Assembly (NCBI GenBank): GCA_051294375.1
Contig: CM119267.1
Location: 12,781,081 to 12,845,080, forward strand
Reading direction: 5' to 3'
Origin: Paraspadella gotoi
Taxonomy: Eukaryota; Animalia; Chaetognatha
DNA: 64,000 nt
The first letter of the stretch is position 1; each line of letters starts with the position of its first letter. The position numbers and the translations under genes are program-made. This document shows, one piece after another, positions 26,641 to 40,365 of this stretch. The notes beneath the pieces are model-generated. The model was not told where the DNA came from, made no database searches, and saw only the letters and a program-made list of their open reading frames with translations.

Positions 26641-27332
26641 AAATTAATTTATTTTGAAATTTTTTGTCAGAATTGAACAAAGTTTGAACTCCTAAATTTT
26701 CATATTTAAATCATATGTTTTTTAAGGTTGTTTCATGATTTTTTACTTTTTTTTCAACAGTAACGGAACAACTTGCTTTCAAGGCATATCGCGTCTATGC
26801 GCGTCTACGTAGGTCAATTTTAAAAACAGATTTGGAATCCTCAAACGCATATTTACTAGTAACATCAAGCGACGGAAGTTTGGTTCTCTTATTATATTAA
26901 AAAGAAAAATTAATTCTAATATTTTTAGTTAATATCTATCGATTTCAAAGACACTAGAAATATTGCATGTGATTGAACAATGTTATCGCAATAATAATTT
27001 TATCAATTTTATGTATTTTGTAAGTATTTTAAGTATTTTTATTCAGTGAGTAAAATAACAACTTTTTTATTCGCTAATTTTTATCTCGGACGCTTAACGC
27101 CAGACTTAAGGATAGCTTAGATTCAGTTTGCGCCTCAACATTTTTCTTTAAAAAACAGGGCCCGTCAGCCATCCCATGAAGAATGAAGATGTACGAACGA
27201 ATGAATGCGTACGAATCCGAACAAGGAGGTGCGAACGAAGACCATCGCATTCAGCGAATTTCAATCTCCGTCTCCTGTCTGCGACGACAAAGAAGGCGGA
27301 GATAAATTTTTTTCACGTAAGGGAAAAAAGGA

Positions 27333-27456
<124 letters not shown>

Positions 27457-27793
27457 CGCACCTTTTCCTATAATCTAAAAATTCCTCCTGATTAGAAAAT
27501 TCCGCTAAAACACGACCTGAAACCTGACCTGACCTGACCTGACCTGACCTGAAACCTTCTTATATTAAATATATAATATTAAATATATACAGTCGGTAAG
27601 AAAAAAAAAGCGAACAAGCAATGGAAAAACCGAGCAACCAAGCACATCCCTGCCAAGCTCCTCGAGTCATCGCTCCAACCTATTTTTAAGTGCCTCTTTG
27701 CTATTCATAGTCTTCTTTTGTAAGCGGCCTCTGGATCCTTTTTCCAATGTGAGCGCCCTCATAGTAATGCTCGCTCTCTCTCTCTATCTTTCT

Positions 27794-27840
<47 letters not shown>

Positions 27841-27844
27841 CTCT

Positions 27845-27879
<35 letters not shown>

Positions 27880-30800
27880 TATGGTGATTTAAGGTGTTAA
27901 AAATTTTTAAAACGACTCGCGACCGACCAAGTATTTTTCTAACCTTTTTTTTCTTCAAAAACCAAAAAATTTTTTTTTTCCCGCTTCAGACATGTATTTA
28001 TTATTAAATCCCTCTCTTCTGTTTTTTTCTTTCTTTTCGTGAATAAATAATGAAAAGCGTCGGCAGGGGCGGCGCCAACCGCGCAACCTCCGACGGCGCT
28101 GCAATCGGCGTTGACGCCTTTCGGTGCCTTTTTTTCTAGCTTCCGTCGCTCGTCGCGTCGCAAGCGCCCCTTTTTTCAGCGTCGCTTTCGTTCGAGCGCC
28201 GTTGTCTTTTCGTGAAAATTCGACGAATGAAGGGATTAATTTTTCTCTACTGGAAAAAAAAAAGATCGGTTCATCCTATGTGTTGCGTCGCAGAGACTTT
28301 ATTTTCACGTCTATTTCTTGTGACAGGACATGACGTGACATGACATGACTACAATAACTTTCTTAGCCTGACATGCACTGCAACGAATTTCCGTCTTTTA
28401 TTCTTTATAGTTTTAGGATTTCCTAAAAGTGGCGCTAGCAGTTCCTTAGATTTGAGGTTTTTATCTGTCGTAACAAACTAAATATAAGCGAATTATAAGC
28501 TTTTCTAACGTAAGTGGGACAGCCTGACGGACAGACATACCGACCGACCGACCAAAAAGTGACTTTATAGAGTTGCTCCGCGAGTACTCCCGGCGCACAT
28601 TCAGTTAAGAGGCTGAGCCTCGTTTTTCTTGGTTTCCTTTTATAATTTCTTTTTCACGTCAACACCTCAACCACCTCACGCATCCGTCGCCCGTTGCTTT
28701 ACGGCGCGCCGACCGCTCCCGCCACGCCCATCACTCCGTGAGCGACGTCTTTCGGTGACGCTTCTCTTCACGCGGACGCCATTTCATGAATAATCGAAAG
28801 ACAAAAGATTCCCATTTTTTGTTTTTGGAAAATAGAAAGGGAAACCCGAAATCAAAACTGAAAAAATAACCATTGACGTCGGTTTTTAAATGATTACATT
28901 TCGCTAGACCCAAAATATAACTATGGAAGTACATCGAGTTAAATAAAAAAACCTGGCAATAAAAAGTTTTTATAGATAGGCAAAATTGACTGAAATTAAG
29001 CGTAAAGGTTAGTACAAAAAATGGCTTCTCAAAATATGCTAATTCCCTAAATACCAGTCTTCGCGATCTAGAAACTGTTCTTTTGTATGAATTTTTCAGT
29101 GGAGACACCTGGATTTTTCCTTTTGGTTTTTTTCAACTGTTGTAAACAAAAACTAATTTTCTATTAAAAAAGCTTTTAAAATTTGTGATTAAAGGCGTTT
29201 TTGAAATTAAAGTGATCTGTTTTATCGATATGAACTTAATCGGTTTTTCTTTTGGTAAATATATCATCCAAACTTTACATGTTTTATTAATACCTCATAA
29301 TTCAGCTTAATATTTGTTTGTAAATTAATACTTACATACTCATATTCTTTAACATTGCAATAAGTTTTGTTTAATATAATATAAAGTCCAGACGACCATA
29401 AGATAAGAGAGATATTGTCTTTCGTCTCGTCGTCTCTCAATCGCGATCATTCGGGATTCGTCTTCATCTTCCGTATTTCTTCCATATTTATTCTATGATT
29501 AATTGTAACAGTCCGTGTTTTATAGTGATTATTATGAATATTATTGTCTGATATAGATATTGCAGTCAAGGCAAGAGCAACTGGAATATCTATCTCTCTA
29601 TCAAGACGCCAACTGGAAAAGAACTTTAAAAACTTTACGTCGCCCATGATTCCGGTCTTCAGTACGGTTTATCTCCCGACATCTTCTCCCTCTCCGCTAG
29701 GTCGAGAAGGGGGTTCTTTTCAATAATATTCAATTACAAAAGGGGAAATATCCACAATGTCTACACAAAGATTTGCTCTCGAATTTTACTCATTATAATA
29801 ATATTATATTATTATTATAATAATATTAATATTACGATTCTATAAATTCGTTTGAATTTAGAATAACGAAGGTTTAATTTTCGTTTTCAACAATGGCAAC
29901 TCAAATTTTTATTTATAGAAAAAATATGAACTTTTTTTGGTGCACATCCGGCGTCATATTTGTAATTGATCTGGCCGCGATTCAGAGAAAAATCTCGATT
30001 GAAGTAAGCTTCACTATCCTTTGCCGCTGATGAAACACATCGCCGACTGAATTTTGCTCCATAATAAAGTTATCTCGCACGTTGGTTGTTGAGAATAGTA
30101 TTATTTTAACTCTTTCTCTCTCTTCGATCCCTCGTATTACCGTTGACCATTTCTGATTGTTTCAGCCGTTAGGCCAATTTTTAGTGACCTTATGAGACCA
30201 TTCTCAAAATAAGAGAGATATTTTGAAATAGTTTCAGTTGATATGTCCACCCGCTTTGGAAACCCTGTTTTTTACAGGTTTCCATAGAATAAATTTGATA
30301 AGAAAGTTTCTAGAAAATACAAAACTTTTTTATTCTACATATTCGGAGCCTATGTTAAGACATTCCAAGCAGACGACGAATGCTAGTATCTGCTGGCGTG
30401 AAAAAGAAAACCTTTTCACATTGTCGATGGCGCCGGCGAAAAAATCGGCGTCGAAATGTCGCCGAATCTCGCGTCTGAGCAGCTCATTGTTGACCTCGAT
30501 ACGATGACAGGATATTTGATGAAATCTCGCGGAGCTCGGCGATCCTTTGGCCGCAGTAGGTTGCCGATGGTTCATTCCCATTGAGGAAGGGTTAGAGAGA
30601 GAGACCGGTGGTAAGTCGCCTCACCATTCAATTTAAATGCAATGAGAGCATCCTAACTTCCGCGATGAATTTCGAATCTCGGCATCCACCAGATAAGCAG
30701 AAGAAATCTTTTCTTGCGTCGGTGAAGCGTCGTCATCTGACGAAAGAATGTCGACGGCGTGGACATCCTCCATGTCCAGTTGGAACGCGTCGTCAACTGA

Positions 30801-32113
30801 AGAGATCTTTTTTTATTTACACCTTTGGCCTAGGGAGTGTAGACACGGAGCCAAGAAGAGTGAAAGAAATAGAGAGAGAGAGACTAAGTTTTCAACAAAG
30901 AATTGAGAAAAAACAATGATTAGTGGCGAGAACAGCTGAAGGTAAGGTCATAAGAATGAGAAAGAGTTAAAAAAAAATGAAATTAAATTCATAATTTTGT
31001 TATAATTCAAAGTTTGAAAATTGACGTTACAGAAAACAAACCTTTGTTATTTTAATATCATGATTAAAATATTTCTTGATTAAGACATTCTATTTCTTTT
31101 TTAGGTGCCATTCCATCTTCAGACGGTCATGAATCAATTAAAGAACCTCAACATCTTTTGATAGCGGCTTTAGTGGAGGTCGCTATGAATTTGAAAAATA
31201 AAAAGGTTTAATTCAAATTGATTAGTTGATGCTGTAGTAGTAGTATATTTAACTGTAATAGTTTTCCTTAACCCCCGGCCAATTAAGATGATAATCATTC
31301 AAAGGCGGTGAGGAATAAGATATAATAAGATTGTTTTATGTAGTATGTAGTGTTGTCCTATATATAGTAATATTGTAATTTAAATGAATAACATTGTTGA
31401 TGCTGTTTATTGAATTCTTATTGTAAATAAATTGCTTTTATGTAAAAAAATACATTTAAAATACGCATGTAATTGTTGTTTTAAAGAATGATAATGACAG
31501 ACAAATACGGCAGATACTTCATATACTCATAACCAACAAATATTAAAATGAGTTATTATTATTGTTTAAAGTATTTTAATAGAAAAACGAGTATTATTTA
31601 ATAATTAAAGTACATTTTTCTTTCATACCCGAGTTTCTCGTGACTCGTTAATCTCATTTGCATATTCGAGTAAGCTGGTCCAGTGTACTAACCTTTTGAG
31701 CATACAGTACTCGTTAGTCGAGGTTCGAATTAGCATTATATGTCAATGTGATCATATCTGCAAGTTTTTTTGAAAATCCGAGTTTAGCTTCTCGGTCTAA
31801 TTTCGCTTTCCTTTCGTCTTCAAATTTAACATTGTAAAATTGTAAAACCGTAAATTTGTTCCCTTTGTTTTTATACTGAATGTATTTAACGAAGGAATTG
31901 TTTAAAATTTTTTTAAGAAATGCTCCGAGGTGGCTTTAAACTTAATATCACCACTTACTACGAACACTTACAACTTACTACTCACTATCACCATCATCAA
32001 CATTAATATTTTTATCATCATATTAATCATCCTCACCTTCTATACCGTCTGTGTCTCCATGCCGACGCCGACGTTAGAGACGCTAACTTCCCCCTCAAAA
32101 CCTGTTATGACCT

Positions 32114-32313
32114 CAGAACCGTTCAATATAAGCAGTCCCTGAGCTTCGGATCAGGCTGTAACCCCATGCTACAGGCGGGTTAAGCGCTCCGTCCTTCTTA
32201 ACTGCTTGGCGACCACCGGGCAAGAACCCCGGACCTTTGGGTTGGGAGGCGAATGACTCACCTCCGGCACCAATGGCCGCTGATGAACGGTTATTGGATT
32301 TTAGTCCACCATA
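32114..32313 (-). mobile_element. Structured tRNA-module repeat, copy 4
   Basis: Reverse complement of copy 3, ending at the same TAGTCCACCATA terminus and lacking the ~35-bp tail. Confidence 0.85.
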
Positions 32314-32586
32314 GACTCGTTTTTATCGAACAGTTTCTGATCTTATGGCTTTTTATCGCGTCGTCCAGTTTCATCCTTCACATACTTCTCTTCCCCTCAC
32401 AAGGCCTCTCACGCGCGCCTGGAATCTCGCTTAGGCCCCGAAAGCCCCCTCAAAGACCGGTCTCCGCGGCCTAACTCGCGGCCTCTACGGCCCACCACGC
32501 GTTGCCTTTACGGCCCGCCACGCGCGAAACCGGCGCCCTCTCGGTCGCGTCTCTTCGTCTAGTCGACAAATCACTGGGACGAAGAG

Positions 32587-32667
<81 letters not shown>

Positions 32668-32765
32668 GAGATGATGATGATGATGATGATGATGATGATA
32701 TTAGAACTACGATGCCCGTGCTTATATGTGGCTCTTAGGGGAATCATTATTATAACGGGAGAGTT

Positions 32766-32923
32766 TCGCCTGCCGCACGAGCGGTCTTAGGGCCTTAATA
32801 CTACCTAACGATCAAAAACCACTCCAGATAAGTATCGCCCGCTGCACGTGCGGTCTCAGGGCATGCTTAAAAATGATCTGACAGCTGAGAGAATTACATC
32901 TGCCGCATGCGCGGTCTTAAGGC
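32766..32923. repeat. Three ~28-bp hairpin-containing direct repeats with unrelated spacers
   Basis: TCGCCTGCCGCACGAGCGGTCTTAGGGC / TCGCCCGCTGCACGTGCGGTCTCAGGGC / ACATCTGCCGCATGCGCGGTCTTAAGGC, with spacers of 41 and 33 bp. Confidence 0.75.
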
Positions 32924-33433
32924 GTTTGTACTACTAATAGTATGCGGAATACTACTAATACTTTTAAAATACGTACTACCACTTATAGTACTATTATAAG
33001 AAAATTTTAACGTACTTCTCTACAAGTAAAATCGGAGACCTGCACCCGTTTCATTTCCTTAGGATAATCAAAAATGTCGAAAAACAATAGTGAACTACCT
33101 AAATCAAAGGACATGACTATAACTAAATCATGGCACAATGTACTAACTGAAAGTAACGAGTTAAACCTAAAGGCAAGGAATATGAAGATATTCCTAGGAT
33201 TGAGATTCCGTGGACATCTGAATTTCTCCCGTAATGGCGAACTTTCTTTTATGGAATGGAATATTTTAGCACGTTAGTAGGATGTTATGGTAGTATTTTA
33301 TTATCGTTTTGCTTAATTTCTGTTGGGGTCTAAGCCACCTCTCGGAGTACGCTTTTGTTCTGATTATTTTTCGTGACATCTTCATATGTGTTTATTTTAT
33401 CCTTTACAATGTTAACTTTTCTGTACATATTTA

Positions 33434-34793
33434 GTAAGGCGTAGTAAAATTTCTAAATTTAACTATAATTAAAATTCTAAAAGTAAGGAACGAACAACAT
33501 TACATTAATGAACATTTATGTAATAAAAAAATTTATTATAAATTTTACAATTTACGCAGTAGGCCATATTTATACTAGTACTAAACTTATAAATGTTAAA
33601 ATTTCAAAACAGTTTTTTCTAAGATTTTTTTGCAGATTTGGATTCATCATAAAAAGTTGATAAAAAGAAATATAACTCTTTTTGAAAAATTTCTTCATTA
33701 AGTGGGTCAAAAATTAAAAAAGCTATATTTTAAGCAAAAAATTAACTTTTTATATATTTTATATATATTTTATATATATATATATAATATATATATAATA
33801 TATTTTAACCCACTTAATGAAAGAATTTTTAAAAATGATTTATATTTTCTTTTATCAACTTTTGACGAGGAATTCAAATCTTCAATCAAAATTAAGAAAA
33901 GCCTATTTTTAAATTTTTCGATTTTATAAGGATAGTATTACTATATATAAATATAGCCTACTGCGAAAATTAAAAAACATAAAATTAATTTTTGTTACAA
34001 ATTAATGTTCACTGATGGTATGTTGTTCATAATTGACTTTGAGAATTTTCCTATGAAATTGGTACAACCAATATAAAAATTATCCATTCATTCAATAAAT
34101 AAGCTATCTTGCCCCTGACTTTGGACAGGCTTTGGTGGTTTAAGGCCTCCATCACTCTTACAAGATAATGACATAGCAGGTCCCTGCAAGCTTTCAATCA
34201 AGACTCTCTCACAGTCTTGTTTATTCACTCCCTGAGTACCTGGCTTCCCTATCAATGAAGTGGAAAATATTTCAAAGAATGTTTCAATTGTATGAAAAGA
34301 CCACTCCCTTAAGTATTAGATCGGGGAATACTTATTGTACTCCGCACTAGCATCAAAATACAAGGAGCTGAATTTTATGAAATTGGTACAACCAATATAA
34401 AAATTATCCATTCATTCAATAAATAAGCTATCTTGCCCTGACTTTGGACAGGCTTTGTGTTAAGCCTCATCACTCTTACAGATAATGACATAGCAGGTCC
34501 CTGCAAGCTTTCAATCAAGACTCTCTCACAGTCTTGTTTATTCACTCCCTGAGTACCTGGCTTCCCTATCAATGAAGTGGAAAATATTTCAAAGAATGTT
34601 TCAATTGTATGAAAAGACCACTCCCTTAAGTATTAGATCGGGGAATACTTATTGTACTCCGCACTAGCATCAAAATACAAGGAGCTGAATTTTATGAAAT
34701 TGGTACAACCAATATAAAAATTATCCATTCATTCAATAAATAAGCTATCTTGCCCCTGACTTTGGACAGGCTTTCACTTTCACTACGCCTTAA
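33434..34793. mobile_element. Fold-back MITE containing a ~320-bp tandem triplication
   Basis: Termini TAAGGCGTAGT / ACTACGCCTTA, imperfect palindrome centred on the TA tract near 33775. The unit TATGAAATTGGTACAACC.. starts at 34052, 34376 and 34693. Confidence 0.65.
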
Positions 34794-35598
34794 TATTTAG
34801 TAGTCTATTGGTTTCTCTCCACTTGCATTGCTTATGTATTTGGGTATGTCTAAAGCGGTCCTTAGGGATTGTGTATGGATTTTCTCTTGTTTCCGCCAGT
34901 GTACTTCTGACCAGAGATGTGGACGCGATCCGGAAAGCGTAAGCGAACACTGTGGAAGCGGCCGATTTTTGAAGAACCCGAAACCGGGAGTGATAGAAAA
35001 ATTGAGAATAAAGGATTGAACCCGGAAGCTATAATAACCCTGCGTGTTCGCTTCCTGGTCATTTGTTTTTATTGGTTAGAAATGAAAGGTATTTAAAGTA
35101 TTAAAATCTTTGCAACCCCCTGCTCTTTCTTGATTTTTCTTTTAAAAATTTGTTTTTTATATTTATTTTCAACATTTAAAATTGTTTGCTCCTTATTTTT
35201 TTTATTCACTTTTTCTTATTCTATTCTATTCTTTTATTTTTATTTTTTTATTCTCTTTTCCTCTTTGGTCGAGAATCTATGAAAAAAATTACATATTTAT
35301 TTTTTTAATTATTCTTTTTAATATATTCAAATAAAAATTTTATTTCTTATATTTTTTTATTTTTCTTTAAATTTAAGTCTCTTTTTTTTTAAATCCATAA
35401 CGTTTTTCATGTTACAAACAAGTTTAAACCAAAAGGATTAATCTGTTTTATTGGCAATATTGCATAATATTTATGTTTATTCATACTTAAATCTCTAATA
35501 CACTCTTTCTCTCTATCTTCTTTCTTTTTTTCCCTCTTGCAATAAACAAAAAAGCAATAAAAAAAATATATAAAATAAATAAATCAAAATTATTACTA

Positions 35599-36184
35599 AA
35601 CAAGTTTGAGCAAACAATGCCGGATCTGCCCACGATCATTAGCGGTAATTAATTGATTAATTAATTTAAAAAAAAATATTTAATTAATTACATATTAATT
35701 AATTAAAATAATAACATCGAACATTTGGGAGCTCAAATGATTTGAACAAAGACGACAACGACGATGAATACAATGACGAAAACGACGACGAAGTCTTTGT
35801 ACTTTGTGAGCCGTAGTACAGTAGTGGTCAATAAGAATGACCTGTTTTTACCCAAACTTGTTATGGCTGACCTTTTTCTCAGCCAATGTAAATACTAGTT
35901 GTTGTTGTTATTATTTTTATCATTTTTACTTTTTTACTGTTTTTGATAATACCAGGTTTTCTTTATCACAAAAAACACGCCTCAAATTTTTCTATAAATT
36001 TTTGTTTTGAGTCACCGCAAACATTATAAAAATATTTCAATTAATTAATTTAGAGAAAGTAAAGAAGTTTGAAATTTGTAACAACGATTTTTAATTAATA
36101 GTTGGACATGTTTTGGCTTGTTTACTTCAAGCCTTCATCAGCATATGACATTCAATAATAAATTTGTGTAAAAGAAGAGTGTGT

Positions 36185-36215
<31 letters not shown>

Positions 36216-36960
36216 GGTAAAAGTTTTTCCAACAAAGTGGTGAGACAGATGTGAGGACAGGTTGAAGGTAAGGGCAGATTGAGTGAGTTGTGAAAAGAAG
36301 TGAAACTTGTTAAAGAGAGAGAGAGAGAGAGTGAGAGAGAGAGAGAGAAACAAAACAACAGGGATAAATAAATAATAAAGATACATTTTTGCATTGTACA
36401 ACAAATATAAAGGAGTTTAATTAATTAAATAATTAATGATGACAACCACGACAATGATAATACCGACGATGACAAATTGATTGATTGCTTAATTTTTTGA
36501 TTGATTGATTGAATATTTGATTAATTGATTGAATAATTAATTAACTGATCAGTTCTGGCATTGTAAGCTCAAACTTGTTTGTTTTTTGTCTTTTCATTAT
36601 GACAGGTAACTGACCAGGCCAAAAGCAACAACGACGTTGGAGATGACAATGATAACACTGACATTGTTTGATTGATTGATTAATTAATTGATTAATTAAT
36701 TAATTGGTTCTTTTAATAATTTATTGATAAATAAATTTATTAATTAGTTGATTGATAAATTAATTGATTATTTAATTGATTGATTGATAAAAAAATGATT
36801 TTGATTGATTAGTTGTTTAGTTAATTGATTGATTGATTAATTAATTGATTAATTGAATAATTAATGCAGGTTGTATTTATATTTAATAAAAAAGAAAAAA
36901 GCAAATAAGGAAAAAGGTTTTTTGTTTTTTTTCATTTAAACCATTTCCACTCGAACGATT
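35599..36960 (-). mobile_element. HINE-like family 1 copy (truncated) nested in the hAT element
   Basis: AACAAGTTTGAGCAAACAATGCCGGATCTGCC terminus and (ATTG)n tracts shared with the other copies. Confidence 0.7.
36101..36145 (-). ncRNA. Hammerhead-like motif (G12 to A)
   Basis: G-CTGATGA-A-GGCTTG-AAGTAAA-CAAGCC-AAAAC-AT-GTC-C with a perfect 6-bp helix II. The flank at 36150-36410 resembles the Penelope terminal repeat at 16740-16950. Confidence 0.6.
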
Positions 36961-37473
36961 CTTACAATCTTACAAATCTTACAATTTTTCATTAGTAAAA
37001 ATTTCACTAGTTATTTGTTAACAAAAAAGATTGTTTAAAATTATTTTACCAATGAATTACATGTCTAAAGAGAGTATTTTTATAAATAATAACAAATATA
37101 AAATTTCTAAAGGAAGGAAGCGATGTGCACTCGAAACCGAAAGCGATCCGGGCTAAAAAAGTAAGGATTGCGCCCGAAAACGGGAGCGGGAGGGTCTTGG
37201 AAGCGCCGGATTGGCAGCGGCGGAAAAATCGATCGCTTCCACATCTCTGCTTCTGACATTGGAAAAATCGTTCTGGTCATAACATAGACCAGGTTTAACA
37301 TCATCTTTGGATGATAGGGATTCATTGCTTTAATTTTCCTAAGGACTCCTAATCGTTGATTTGCTTTCTGGGTTAATGAGTTTATGTAGTCCTTCCACAG
37401 CAATTTTCTGTCGACTGGACTCTCTCTCTCTTCTCCCATAATATGTTGTGAAAATTTTTCACAAACGTCAAAA

Positions 37474-37512
37474 TTGCGCTGATGAAGACTCGTACTAGAG
37501 TCCAAACATGTG
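37474..37512 (+). ncRNA. Hammerhead-like motif (degenerate)
   Basis: GCG-CTGATGA-A-GACTC-GTACTA-GAGTC-CAAAC-ATGTG. G12 and the cleavage triplet are altered. Confidence 0.5.
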
Positions 37513-37523
37513 TGTTATATATT

Positions 37524-38700
37524 AGCAAGTTTGAGAAAACAATGTCGGATCTGCCCACGATCACTATCGGTAATTTAATAATTAATAATTTTTTTAGGTC
37601 TTTTTGTCACTAACCATGACAAAAGCAATGACGACGATGAGAAAAATGCCGATGACGATTGACTTGATTGATTGACTGATTAATTTATTATTGATTAATT
37701 AATTGACTAATTGATTAATTAACTGATTAGAAAAAGAAAAAGAAGCATAATCGATTAGTGAAACAGGTTTTTTGTTTTTTCCATTTAAACTCATTTCCAC
37801 TCAAACGATTCCATCAAAACTTGATTTCCAGCTTAATTAGCCATAGCCGATGAAATTTAAATGCTAATGTAAACAGCGTTAAAATAATCTATCATGACCA
37901 TAGATTATCGTATTAAAATATTTTTTGTCAAAAATGCTTTCTTCTGAGGGTACTAGCCTAATTAAAAATATTATATTACTATATAGAGCAAAAAATATTT
38001 TTTTTAAATCTTAAAATTTTTTTATGGATTCTGATAGAGCATAAAAAGTTAAACAAGAAATATAATTACAGCTTTTAAAAATTCTTACGTTTTCTAAGTG
38101 AAAATATAAAAAAACTGATAAAATTATCGAAAGATGATGATGATGATGATTTTTTACGGTTTTTCTTATTTTGACACACTTATCGTAAAAATATTTAAAA
38201 AAAAATTATACTTTGTGTAGACAACTTTTTATGAGCTATCTGAATCTGGTTTTAAAATTTAAAAATTCCAAAAAATATTTTTGGCCTTTCCTATCTATAA
38301 ATAAATATTAAAAAAATAATTACTAGGGTATAGAGCCATATTAGAAATTTTTTGTCTATTGAAAGTATTCTCAAAAATGTCTAAATATTCGTTTAAGCAT
38401 GTACTCACTCAAAATTTTTGACTCACCCCATTGATGCGGGGCTACCCCTAGCTTTAATCACACACTTTCCTACCCACATACAAAATTTCATTCCAATCCA
38501 TCCCTCCAATCATAAATAATTGGTGTTTTTTGCTAAGGTGGGATGGACGGACAGACAGACGGACAGACAGACGGACAGACAGACAGAATTTATCATAATT
38601 CGATGTTTTGACATGATTTAAGTCAGTGCCCGACAAGATTGAGAGGGCGGACCGACGGACCGACAAAGTGAATTATAGAGTCGGAATCTGCTGACTAAAA
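37524..38700 (-). mobile_element. HINE-like family 1 copy
   Basis: CAAGTTTGAG..GTCGGATCTGCC terminus, (GACA/GACG)n at 38545-38586, and the end GAGTCGGAATCTGCTGACTAAAA. Confidence 0.75.
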
Positions 38701-39595
38701 ATATAATCGTTGTCGAAACAAATGCAAATTCTTTTTTCTAATCTCTTAACACAACGAATCGAAAGGTTATTATCGAATAATAATTCTAATATTGTCAATG
38801 GACCTTTTTTATTTTAAGATTATGTGTTTTAATCTCGTCGTGCTTGTACGCCTCTTTACAAAATTATCACCGCTGAAAAAGAATAAGCGAGTTTAAACCT
38901 GCCGTTAGACAAGGAGTCTTTTTTTACGGGAAACGAAACAGCAATTTTTTTTTTTTTTTCATCTCGAAACGCATTACGAATTTTCACGACAGAAACGCAA
39001 CTTGTCACCGAAATAGAGAAAAGTTTATTTTCGTTCTTCAAAAACAAAAAACAAAAAAACATTTTATATCGGGCAGAGTTCCTCGAGGCGGTTTCATTAA
39101 CTGCCATCTCGCCTCGCGCCGACATCCTTAAGACGACGGAGACGTTTATGCTTCCGCAAATGAATTTGTCGTCGTCGTCGTCGTCGTCGTCGTTTGTCTT
39201 CGTCATCGCGACGACAAAAAAAAAAAGAGAAACGCCATAAAATGCAAAGAACGAAATGAAAAGAGGAGATGAAAATGAATGGAAAAAACAGGCGATTACC
39301 TGTCGCACGGAGAAGGGGAGATCGCGCGGTGACAACGATGATGACGACGACGACGACGACGACGAAGAAGAAGAAGAAGAAGAAGAAGACGATGACGACG
39401 GTTTACGAAGAGGAGTTTTTTCACAATGACGTCAACAGAGGAATGATGAAGGTGAAGATCTGCGACGTCACGAGAAGTGAGTCGATGGCGTCACGCGGCT
39501 TTGTTGTTGTGATTGTTGTTGTTGTTGAGGGATGAAGCGACGGAAGACGAAAAGTTCGTAAAAATAATGAACGATAATTCCAAAACAAATGCAAG

Positions 39596-39662
<67 letters not shown>

Positions 39663-39730
39663 AAAGGAAATCGCGATGCAATGGAAATAAAGGAGCCTGA
39701 AAACGAGAGAGAGAGAAAATAGATAGATAG

Positions 39731-39775
<45 letters not shown>

Positions 39776-39986
39776 TAAAGAAAAAAACGTGCGTGGATGG
39801 AATCAGGGCGTCAGGGCAAATCCTTGGAACCGGGACGTGAGGTGTGGGGTCATTTTTTAGAGGGGAAAGAGAAAAAGAAAGAAGAAAGGCTAAAGAAAAG
39901 CGGATAGGGTTACATCGAGTCAGTAAATCGACGAGAAAATTACGGAAATGCGAAGAGAGAGAGAGAGAGGAGAGAGAGAGAAGAGG

Positions 39987-40029
<43 letters not shown>

Positions 40030-40295
40030 TTCGCTCAGTAGTTCGGAGTTCGGAGTTTGGAGGCGGAGGGTCGATTAAGTGAAGAGAGGGGAAGATGAGT
40101 GAAACGATCGATCGATCCCGAGGAAGTGGGGTTCCACGGTTTTTAATCCAGGGGTCGTTAGGAAGAGAGAGTTAATGTCGTCCGGCCCCGACGGAGGGCG
40201 CGTCGATGGCGTCCGGGGGGCAGGGGGGACCCAAGGGGGCGATGATAAGATGGCGACGCTGATGGGATAACGATTGAACTCGGATATAAGGGGAA

Positions 40296-40365
<70 letters not shown>

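Larger units (their letters stand above)
34912..37249. mobile_element. hAT-type non-autonomous element
   Basis: TIR CAGAGATGTGGA / TCCACATCTCTG with exact 8-bp TSD CTTCTGAC (34904-34911, 37250-37257). Confidence 0.92.
34800..37415 (-). pseudogene. LINE ORF2 (post-RT C-terminal region) fragment split by a hAT MITE
   Basis: DRKLLWKDYINSLTQKANQRLGVLRKIK..MTRTIFPMSE (37415-37250) continues as VHWRKQEKIHTQSLRTALDIPKYISN (34911-34825). Confidence 0.75.

Noticed and set aside
29400-29790. Possible second, very old Penelope RT thumb remnant (..LQKGKYPQCLHKDLL..)
   Set aside because: The similarity is too weak to support without a profile search.
30024-30050. GCTGATGAAACACATC as a hammerhead
   Set aside because: There is no helix II between the cores and no helix I complement. 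At best it is a deleted relic.
30330-30581. 83-aa minus-strand ORF as a host exon
   Set aside because: No recognisable domain and no convincing splice signals.
32766-32923. True CRISPR array
   Set aside because: Only three imperfect repeats, no cas genes, eukaryotic context. It is kept only as a repeat curiosity.
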